Source: Escherichia virus TH40. Taken from it: a stretch of 64,000 nucleotides of DNA. A program made the translations under genes and the position numbers. Under the pieces are notes generated by a model. That model was not told the origin of the DNA. It worked only from the letters and a program-made list of their open reading frames with translations, and searched no databases. Below, piece by piece: positions 56,879-64,000 of the stretch (the stretch's first letter is position 1; each line of letters begins with the position of its first letter). Location of the stretch: sequence record MT446411.1; one strand, written 5' to 3'.

Positions 56879-57867
56879 TTCAGCAGCTCCAGAGCCTGTT
56901 CCAGTTTATCCAGACGATTGGTTGATTCTTCCCAAAGTCGCTTGGCTTTTGTATAGTCTTCCGTTGCCTTTTTATTAACAGCAAGAGCTTCATTATACGC
57001 TGTTTCCAGGGCAACAATTTCAGGCGCTTTTTGTTTCACTGGTTCATTATTCAGATTATCAATCAGGTCTTCAAGGGTGGTAACTTCTTGCGGTGTATTC
57101 ATAATTTCCTCATTTTTCTTTTTATAGATTTCTGCAATAGTTGGTTGTTTTGCGCATTTAACTTCGCGTAATGTCACCGCAATTTTCCAACCTTTCCAAC
57201 CATGAGCACTGGTGATAGGGTCTACTTTAATTTTTTCAACAGTGCGCATATAATTAAGGGCACACTGCACCTGATGAGTAAGCGTACAGGCAGCATCAAG
57301 ATACTTTTTAACATTTTCTGGAGTAGCCACCGGCGTAAAGAATTCATACTTAACTGTAATAATTACCTGGTTTTCACCAGACTCTTTAACATTTATCATG
57401 TTCTCAGCTAAATGGGAGATAGTGCGAAAATCACCGCCCATCAATTTTGTCGCTGATTTTATGATAGACATTTTGTTATCTCTGAATTCACGAGACCAGC
57501 AATTTGCGAATTCAGAAACAGCATAGCCTTGCTTATCAAGGTAGTATTTTTCAACATCACCAAACCAATGATATCCAATTGTACCTTTACCGCGTCTGGA
57601 TTCAACACCAAACTTATTAAGAAGGTCCTTATTAACCAGGTATGCCAGGACTCGGGAACCTTTAAAAGTTTTCTTGATATCATCTTTACCTGCACGATTC
57701 GCAATAGCCGCAATGTCTTTCTTGAAGCGGCCAGATGCAACAATCGTCGAGTCAATCTGATTTAACCAGAAATTGATAATTGAAATGATAGCCGATTCAC
57801 CTGTTAATGGTTTTACTTTTGTATCGATAGTGGTGTTAAAAGCCTGGATATATTCGTTACGCGTCAT
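56875..57867 (-). CDS. hypothetical protein with C-terminal coiled coil
   Basis: 330-aa ORF. Confidence 0.55.
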   Translation of the reverse strand: MTRNEYIQAFNTTIDTKVKPLTGESAIISIINFWLNQIDSTIVASGRFKKDIAAIANRAGKDDIKKTFKGSRVLAYLVNKDLLNKFGVESRRGKGTIGYHWFGDVEKYYLDKQGYAVSEFANCWSREFRDNKMSIIKSATKLMGGDFRTISHLAENMINVKESGENQVIITVKYEFFTPVATPENVKKYLDAACTLTHQVQCALNYMRTVEKIKVDPITSAHGWKGWKIAVTLREVKCAKQPTIAEIYKKKNEEIMNTPQEVTTLEDLIDNLNNEPVKQKAPEIVALETAYNEALAVNKKATEDYTKAKRLWEESTNRLDKLEQALELLK

Positions 57868-57925
57868 AGTGTTCTCCTCATAAAGTAGGAATTCATTATA
57901 CTCCCTCCATCCTTGGAAGTAAACA

Positions 57926-58882
57926 TTATTTTAATGCTTTGATTGCAGCTTGCAATTTATTGCGTTGTTTTTCCATGTTCTTGATGCGATTCAGGACGTC
58001 CTGAATACCCTTTTTCTCATCTTCAATCAGACCATTTAAGCGGTTGACTGATTCCTGGATAGCATCAGCATGATGGCTCTCAATAGGTTTCATTGATGGG
58101 TTAAAGATTCCAAGAGAGCTGGATGGCTGGACATTCCATTTGTACATATTTTTAACGTCATGCGGTGAAATTTTAGTCTGGTCATAAGATTTAAACTGGC
58201 CTGCAAATGCTGGGCCATATGAGGCAGATGATGCAGTAGGGTTTTCCATTTCTGGTTCCTTTTTCTCTTCTGGTTCATTTTTCTCTTGATAAGGAGCATA
58301 AGACAAAAGATATTCTTTAGTTAATTTAATATCAATAGCTATAGTTTTGAAGAATTTTTCAGTCTGATGAATATAATTGGTATCTTCATCAAATGTATAT
58401 CCTTCAACGGCGTGCCGCATATAAAACAGTGCAATACCCATAACCTCTTTAAAGTTATGACAAAGAGCAACATCGCCCTTGGTAGTTGGTTTGAACTTAA
58501 TCTGTACACCATCATTCTTAATATTGATAATCAAGTTGTCAGAGTTAAAATTATAGTTCTTGATGTTAACCGGAGCTTTGCGAATACGAAATCCGCCGGC
58601 CAGAATTTCCTTGATACTCTTACGAACCGTGGCACCAAACAAAAACGCTGGGCGGCGGCAGTAATCATTCAGAGAGTTAATTCTTACAATACGTTGACCA
58701 TACCCCTGGGTAGCAGAACCTGATTTGATTTTGCCAAAGTTAACCAAAGAATTCATTGCGATAAGACGAGTCACACGACCGTCATGTGGTTCATAACTAC
58801 TAGCATATTCTTTACGTGTTTTAATTTTCATATCATAGTCCAAATAATTTTTCATAGAATTTAGCAATTGGCCAAAACACAA
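57926..58882 (-). CDS. hypothetical protein with C-terminal coiled coil (start uncertain)
   Basis: 318-aa ORF; 5' end overlaps upstream gene, so true start is probably an internal Met. Confidence 0.5.
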   Translation of the reverse strand: MCFGQLLNSMKNYLDYDMKIKTRKEYASSYEPHDGRVTRLIAMNSLVNFGKIKSGSATQGYGQRIVRINSLNDYCRRPAFLFGATVRKSIKEILAGGFRIRKAPVNIKNYNFNSDNLIINIKNDGVQIKFKPTTKGDVALCHNFKEVMGIALFYMRHAVEGYTFDEDTNYIHQTEKFFKTIAIDIKLTKEYLLSYAPYQEKNEPEEKKEPEMENPTASSASYGPAFAGQFKSYDQTKISPHDVKNMYKWNVQPSSSLGIFNPSMKPIESHHADAIQESVNRLNGLIEDEKKGIQDVLNRIKNMEKQRNKLQAAIKALK

Positions 58883-59048
58883 TCATAATTGCCAAAGCAA
58901 ACCAAAGCAGAGGCCATACTAGTGTAATGAATACTGCATCATAGCTTGATTCAATTTCGATTGGATTCCAATCACCCGATTTATGAATGATAATGGTCGT
59001 CATGAATCCTAGCACAAAGTAAAGGAGAATAAAACCTACAATTTCCAT
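58833..59048 (-). CDS. small membrane protein
   Basis: 71 aa, two hydrophobic helices. Confidence 0.45.
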   Translation of the reverse strand: MEIVGFILLYFVLGFMTTIIIHKSGDWNPIEIESSYDAVFITLVWPLLWFALAIMIVFWPIAKFYEKLFGL

Positions 59049-59049
59049 A

Positions 59050-59130
59050 TTAACCTACAATATTTGAGAATATAAGCCACAGAATACCTGTGGCAACGAA
59101 TACATAACCAAGAACGGCGAGCCATTCCAT
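59050..59130 (-). CDS. tiny hydrophobic peptide (26 aa)
   Basis: MEWLAVLGYVFVATGILWLIFSNIVG. Confidence 0.25.
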   Translation of the reverse strand: MEWLAVLGYVFVATGILWLIFSNIVG

Positions 59131-59132
59131 AA

Positions 59133-59981
59133 TTAATCCTTAAGCAATTTAATAACGTTCATCAGTTTATGACGTTCAGCTTTTGCTGCACTGTTCAGTC
59201 CTGACAGGCGGAAAATTTCATCATCTTGTTGCTGGATGGTGATGTTAAGTTCTTCAATCTGTTTAGTGAAAAGCTCAATTTGCTCTGAATATTTTTCATT
59301 GCTTCGCACTGGAACAGGTTCCATTTTAGGAGCTTGTTCTGAAGGACTCTCAACTACAACTCGGTCTTTAATTTGGCATAATTTAATACGCTGGACGCCT
59401 CCAGTTTTAACATCATAGAAGGTAAGAACCCCATGATGTTCGAGTTCAGACAAAGCCAAACGGAGGTGGAATTTCCAGTTTTCGTATTGACATCCGCTAA
59501 AAGAAGAAATACTGTATTCGCCTTCATTTTGACCTTTAATAACATTAAATAGTTTGTAATCTAAAGAATTATTGGTTTTAAAGGTCATTTGTTTATCTTG
59601 ACCGCTTGCCAGACGAGCACCAAGAGCTAATAAACGTCGTTGGTTAGTATGAAGGTCTTTGACCACTTCATCAAATGTCATGGTGCTAATCGCACGACCA
59701 TAAAGGTCATAACCTTTATTATAATTTTTAAGTAAAATTTTGGCATTAGCACGAGACAACATACCCGAACGTTGAAGAGATTTCATGACTCGGTCTTCTA
59801 ATGTAAGCAAGCCCGTTGTTTTATTAAAGATTTTAGTGAATTCAGCAGAATTAGTACAAACATTGAACTTATTCCACATCATATATAAAACATTTAAAAC
59901 CACATCTTTAGTGCTCGGAATACTGTTAAATTTAACAACTTTTTTAACTTCAGAACGAATTTCATTAATTGCTTGTGACAT
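59133..59981 (-). CDS. hypothetical protein with C-terminal coiled coil
   Basis: 282-aa ORF. Confidence 0.55.
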   Translation of the reverse strand: MSQAINEIRSEVKKVVKFNSIPSTKDVVLNVLYMMWNKFNVCTNSAEFTKIFNKTTGLLTLEDRVMKSLQRSGMLSRANAKILLKNYNKGYDLYGRAISTMTFDEVVKDLHTNQRRLLALGARLASGQDKQMTFKTNNSLDYKLFNVIKGQNEGEYSISSFSGCQYENWKFHLRLALSELEHHGVLTFYDVKTGGVQRIKLCQIKDRVVVESPSEQAPKMEPVPVRSNEKYSEQIELFTKQIEELNITIQQQDDEIFRLSGLNSAAKAERHKLMNVIKLLKD

Positions 59982-60043
59982 ATTATTTTCCTCAATAGAT
60001 TATCAAAGGTCAGAACCATTATACCATCCTTGGTATAAAGCGT

Positions 60044-60568
60044 TTATGCGAGAACCGTCTTTAAACGCTCTTCAAACTTCTGAAGGAGTACCTGGCGCTC
60101 TACTCTTTGTTTGGTATAGGTTTCAATACGCTCTGAAGTGAGATTGTATTGTTCATTAACTGATTCCCGCATGAATTCAGGAATCTCTTTACATGCTTTG
60201 ATTTCATTAAACTTATCAAGCACTGCTTGTTGTTCAGCAATCAGACCATCATAATATTGGATATCTGATTTGATGTTTTGTACATCAGATTCAGTAGGCA
60301 TATTTTTCTTTGCTCTTGCCGCCTGGTACTCAGCATTAGTCTCTCTTGACCAGAACAAAGAGCGGTTTTTGTTGGTGTTTTTATACACATCAACAATACC
60401 AACTGAATCAACATTCACAATCCAGTTCCAGGCGTTTTTATAAGTTTGACCACCTGATACTGTAATCTCACCCGCACAAGCAACATCATTAAAGAACTTG
60501 CTTTGTGCTTCTGATTTAAAATTACCATTATTGTAATTAATCAGATTAAAGATTGATTTAGCTTCCAT
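60044..60568 (-). CDS. hypothetical protein
   Basis: 174-aa ORF. Confidence 0.5.
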   Translation of the reverse strand: MEAKSIFNLINYNNGNFKSEAQSKFFNDVACAGEITVSGGQTYKNAWNWIVNVDSVGIVDVYKNTNKNRSLFWSRETNAEYQAARAKKNMPTESDVQNIKSDIQYYDGLIAEQQAVLDKFNEIKACKEIPEFMRESVNEQYNLTSERIETYTKQRVERQVLLQKFEERLKTVLA

Positions 60569-60603
60569 TTTATTCTCCAGTATTTGGTAACTCAGTATGG
60601 GAA

Positions 60604-60632
60604 CATTATACGTCTATCCCCATACCATGTAC
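60604..60632 (-). promoter_or_regulatory. early promoter cassette (TGTACA-17-TATAAT), gtaactcagtatggg leader
   Basis: Recurring family. Confidence 0.5.
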
Positions 60633-60636
60633 ACAT

Positions 60637-60939
60637 TTAATTAAAAGTTCTTTCAGTATTTTCACCACTGAACCAGGCGCTCTTAACGGCTTGCTGTGCG
60701 CGTTGTAGCTGTTCTGCCATGTAAACACTAAGGGCTTCTGCTTTTCTTGTTCTGTGAGCTTCTGCGGCGACTATTTGCAACTTATCCATCATGATAAGAG
60801 CTTTACATTTCTCCTTCAGAGCATATCGCTTCTTCTCTTCTGGGGTTTTGACCATCCCTCTTAACTTGTGCATTTTCAACTTAAAATGGTCAGCAGATTT
60901 CAGACATGCCTCAATCATGTCAAGTTCATACTTTTTCAT
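60637..60939 (-). CDS. hypothetical protein
   Basis: 100-aa ORF. Confidence 0.5.
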   Translation of the reverse strand: MKKYELDMIEACLKSADHFKLKMHKLRGMVKTPEEKKRYALKEKCKALIMMDKLQIVAAEAHRTRKAEALSVYMAEQLQRAQQAVKSAWFSGENTERTFN

Positions 60940-60945
60940 AATTCC

Positions 60946-61152
60946 TCACTTGCGACGACGTTTTGGTAATGGTTTAGGGAAGAACATTGCTTTACCTGCA
61001 GGGGTCAAAGTCACATGCAAAGCATTACCAATACCAAGGGATGCTTTAACCAGACCTTTAGCTTTTAACTCACCAAATGCTTGACGTTGTTCAGGGTCAC
61101 GAGTGTTAACCATCAGACCTTTTTCACCAGCAGCTTTGATTAATTCTAACAT
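60946..61152 (-). CDS. hypothetical basic protein
   Basis: 68-aa ORF. Confidence 0.45.
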   Translation of the reverse strand: MLELIKAAGEKGLMVNTRDPEQRQAFGELKAKGLVKASLGIGNALHVTLTPAGKAMFFPKPLPKRRRK

Positions 61153-61193
61153 TTTATTCTCCGTTTGTTTATTTGGTAACTCAGTATGGAATC

Positions 61194-61222
61194 ATTATGC
61201 ATCATGACCATCTGGTTGTACA
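61194..61222 (-). promoter_or_regulatory. early promoter cassette (TGTACA-17-CATAAT), gtaactcagtatgg leader
   Basis: Nearly identical to the 7073-7101 element. Confidence 0.5.
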
Positions 61223-61269
61223 CATATACTAAATAAAAATACTTAATAAAACCATAAAGGAGAAAGTTT

Positions 61270-62016
61270 ATGATTTTATCCGGAAGAACTGTTGATGAAC
61301 TCAATGAAAAAGTCCAGGCTGCCTTGGCTGATAATTGGTATTTGTTTGGTTCTACTATGGTGTTGCCGAATACCCCTACAGATAGCAAAGAGCGTTTTTT
61401 CCAAACTATGTCCAGCTCGGAAACTCAGATACCGGGTCCGCCTGGTCCCAAAGGAGAACCGGGTGTACCAGGACCAAAAGGAGACCCAGGTGGGGATGGA
61501 AAATCTTCTTATCAGATATGGCTTGACTTGGGAAATACAGGAACTGTTGATGATTTTTTAACTGATACAGCAGGAAAGAGGGAAAAATCCGAGGTGTTTT
61601 GGAGTGGTATAAACGTTCTATTAACTAATGGTACGACTTCAAACATAATTAGTGTTTTAAAGGGGATTCCACCGACTGCAGGGACTCTATCTCCGTTTTT
61701 TAGAACCACTGATGATAAGTTGTGGCCATATAACCAAGACAGAAGCCTAATGTTTAAACTCAACCTTATTGGTAATTTTGCAGGAGCCTCGCAAGCTCGA
61801 AGTATAACATTAAATTTCGTTGGAACCAACGGAAACACTTATATACAGAATCGTCCGGAAAATGCTACAGATATTTTGTCTTTTACAACGTTCTTTAGCA
61901 TTGATAAAGATGGGGCAATGGCAACCAATGGTACAGCTATAACTGTTATGCCAAATGGCGGCAACTTTACAATAACCTCTGCATTGTTAGTAGCCGAACA
62001 AACAGCGACTTCATAA
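61270..62016 (+). CDS. collagen-like repeat protein
   Basis: 248 aa; SD aaaggag; G-x-y run GPPGPKGEPGVPGPKGDPGGDG then Asn/Thr-rich domain. Confidence 0.55.
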   Translation: MILSGRTVDELNEKVQAALADNWYLFGSTMVLPNTPTDSKERFFQTMSSSETQIPGPPGPKGEPGVPGPKGDPGGDGKSSYQIWLDLGNTGTVDDFLTDTAGKREKSEVFWSGINVLLTNGTTSNIISVLKGIPPTAGTLSPFFRTTDDKLWPYNQDRSLMFKLNLIGNFAGASQARSITLNFVGTNGNTYIQNRPENATDILSFTTFFSIDKDGAMATNGTAITVMPNGGNFTITSALLVAEQTATS

Positions 62017-62024
62017 ACAAAAAA

Positions 62025-62038
62025 GGGCCGTATGGCCC
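62025..62038 (-). terminator. rho-independent terminator GGGCC-GTAT-GGCCC
   Basis: A-run upstream and TTTTTTG on - strand; sits between convergent genes. Confidence 0.65.
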
Positions 62039-62281
62039 TTAGATTGCACTCCAAAAATTATGGAATCTTATAGTATTGATAGCCCAGTTAACAAACCTGC
62101 GAGTTTGCTTGGGAGTTGGTTTGCATGTGTACTTGATATTGTCCCGACGACCAGTTTCACGACAGACTGCTTCGAGATACCAGCGGCGACCTTTATGAGG
62201 TCTTCCATACGATAAGAAGACCTTGATTTCCTGGTTATCGATAATAGGAATTGTGGTTGTCAAGATATACCTCCTCAACAA
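62039..62281 (-). CDS. hypothetical basic protein
   Basis: 80-aa ORF. Confidence 0.45.
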   Translation of the reverse strand: MLRRYILTTTIPIIDNQEIKVFLSYGRPHKGRRWYLEAVCRETGRRDNIKYTCKPTPKQTRRFVNWAINTIRFHNFWSAI

Positions 62282-63245
62282 ACTTGTCCCAGAACTTCAT
62301 GTCCACCTTCGCAGGCATACCGTTCTTATGAGCCCAGATGGCATTAGTTTCGACTTCATCAACGATAGCTTCAAGTTCAGCCTGTACATCTTTAAAAGCA
62401 TGTAGCCCTTGTTTGATTTCAAGGATAAACGGTGCTGTTCGTAAAGGATATTGAAGGTCACCGGTCATATAAATTTCCTTCAGCTGATATCCAGCACGAT
62501 AAGCATGGCTCAGAGCTTTCCAATCAATGCCTTCATTAGCTTCGGCCTTACGAGCACGTTCACCATATTCAGCATCAAGTTTATTCAGAGATTGCTTGAG
62601 CTCGATTAAGGACAAAGTGGTTTGGTATTTACGACCGAGGACAGTATAGAACGTTTGAGGACCTGTTTTCTCATGGTTATGGAATACCCATTCACAGAAC
62701 TCGTTTTCGGGGAGTCGGTGCTTAATATCTTCTACCTTAGTTCGACGTTGCTTAACAGAACCATCTTCTTGATAATCGACCCACTGTTCAGGAATCTGGT
62801 TAACTATAGCTAGTACACCACGCAGTGCAGCCAGACGAGAACCTTTAACACCATATTTGGAAGCTTGCTTACGGACGTACCCTAAATAGGCTTTCATGTT
62901 AGTTGTATAGAACCGCGAACGGTTGTCTTGAATAAACTTCCATACATCTGGTAAATCGGATTTGACTACCAGGTCAGCCGGTGTGTGAATCATATCCAGG
63001 GCAACGGTTTCACCTTCGGCTGCCAGTTTAAAGAAATATTTCAGGCTATAAAGTTCATGGTCAACATCGTCTTTTGTGTTCTTTGATGCAGTGTTATTCG
63101 TGCTCAGGTTTGTATGGTTCATCGCGGTTCCGAGCAGGATATCTCGCGGATGTGGAACAAAGATTTCTTTAAAATCGACATCAGATTCTGGAGTACTTGT
63201 TCCATAAAGGTGGGAGCCAAAATATCCCTTCATAACTGTTTTCAT
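62235..63245 (-). CDS. predicted nucleotidyltransferase-fold protein
   Basis: 336 aa; N-terminal FGSHLYGTSTPESDVDF fits the pol-beta-type hG[GS]x9-13Dh[DE]h signature. Confidence 0.5.
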   Translation of the reverse strand: MKTVMKGYFGSHLYGTSTPESDVDFKEIFVPHPRDILLGTAMNHTNLSTNNTASKNTKDDVDHELYSLKYFFKLAAEGETVALDMIHTPADLVVKSDLPDVWKFIQDNRSRFYTTNMKAYLGYVRKQASKYGVKGSRLAALRGVLAIVNQIPEQWVDYQEDGSVKQRRTKVEDIKHRLPENEFCEWVFHNHEKTGPQTFYTVLGRKYQTTLSLIELKQSLNKLDAEYGERARKAEANEGIDWKALSHAYRAGYQLKEIYMTGDLQYPLRTAPFILEIKQGLHAFKDVQAELEAIVDEVETNAIWAHKNGMPAKVDMKFWDKFVEEVYLDNHNSYYR

Positions 63246-64000
63246 TATTCACCTCTTTCATAGTCTTCAATAAATTGCATAATTAAACGCTGATAATTGG
63301 ATTTAGGGTATCCTAATTTACTAATATGAGTACCAAAAGCTCCACGCTTTGGCCTATTTAATTTAAGCCATAACGAGTAAAGCAAATCATAATCTTGCCA
63401 CTGTTTTCCTATTCTTTGTTTTGCTTTAGAAGCATCAGATTGTCTCTTTTTAGTCTCTGGATTATTTAAAGATTTCTTAACAGCATTCGAATGACGTTCT
63501 CTAACATCTGGCCGTTTAAATGCTTCTTTAATCGCTTTAGAAATTTTCTCTTTAACTTCAGGACGGTTTTGGGCTTCTATTTGAACAGCCGACATTTTAT
63601 CCTTTATTTTGGGCAGACTCATAGTTATAGAGCGTTTGTTTCTATATTCTTTGGTCTTCCATATTTCTTTCATTGTATTCGAATGAATTTCTGAAAATTT
63701 TTCTCTAACTAATTGGTATCCCCTAGAAGTTAATTTAAGGTTTCTTCCCAGAGAATCTTCGCCGAAGTTATAAAATGACCACCAGGCATAAATTAATCCA
63801 GAAGAATCGGAATGAATTCTAGCTAGAAGCCAGTGTGCTATAAAATGTTCTCTAGCTGTCAACAGAACCAAATTATTAGGTTCATCACTCCCGCCAATAC
63901 ATGACGGGATTATATGATGGGACTCTGTATAAAAATTTAATTTGGATTTGTCTAATCCTCTAAGTTTACCTCTTTGGATTAGACTATCATAAAGCTTGAT
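63245..64000 (-). CDS. HNH homing endonuclease (Mob-like), N-terminus beyond window end
   Basis: Frame open to nt 64000; ...ESHHIIPSCIGGSDEPNNLVLLTAREHFIAH... HNH motif; Lys-rich C-terminal region. Confidence 0.7.
   Translation of the reverse strand: MKLYDSLIQRGKLRGLDKSKLNFYTESHHIIPSCIGGSDEPNNLVLLTAREHFIAHWLLARIHSDSSGLIYAWWSFYNFGEDSLGRNLKLTSRGYQLVREKFSEIHSNTMKEIWKTKEYRNKRSITMSLPKIKDKMSAVQIEAQNRPEVKEKISKAIKEAFKRPDVRERHSNAVKKSLNNPETKKRQSDASKAKQRIGKQWQDYDLLYSLWLKLNRPKRGAFGTHISKLGYPKSNYQRLIMQFIEDYERGE

Noticed and set aside
61512-61838. 108-aa - strand ORF
   Set aside because: Antisense to the collagen-like + strand gene, and the terminator at 62025-62038 lies upstream of it on the - strand.
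1-64000. tRNA, rRNA and CRISPR arrays
   Set aside because: No cloverleaf-like candidates, no rRNA-like conserved stretches and no regularly spaced direct repeats were seen; the only repeats are promoter cassettes and short duplications.

Overview
This window reads as a T4-like (Tevenvirinae-type) myovirus genome segment, called from gene order and from protein similarity to T4/T2 proteins recalled from memory; no searches were run. It opens inside the long tail fibre gene 37 (+ strand), followed by a T2-type glycine-rich gp38 adhesin and holin t. From ~4 kb to the end it is a dense array of leftward (- strand) early/middle genes in T4 order: asiA, (arn), motA, 52, ndd, denB, rIIB, rIIA, a single-ORF gene 39, dexA, dda, (srd), modA/modB-like, soc, 56, 61, sp, 41, 40, uvsX, imm, 43, regA, 62, 44, 45, (rpbA), 46, 47, 55, nrdG, nrdD, 49, nrdC, ending in a 5'-truncated HNH homing endonuclease. 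Between them lie many small ORFs, several below the 60-aa track threshold and chained by ATGA start/stop overlaps. Regulatory signal is rich: a recurring early-promoter/stem-loop cassette (TGTACA-N16-18-TATAAT with conserved leaders), T4-type late promoters (TATAAATA), MotA-box middle promoters, and CGAA/UUCG-loop terminators. Most notable: gene 42 and both glucosyltransferase genes are absent from their T4 positions although dCTPase 56 is present; a late-promoter small ORF carries a capsid-targeting-like N-terminus; a nucleotidyltransferase-motif protein and a collagen-like + strand protein sit beside the homing endonuclease. No rRNA, tRNA or CRISPR array was seen. Coordinates of features I derived by hand (promoters, hairpins, sub-threshold ORFs) may be off by a base or two.
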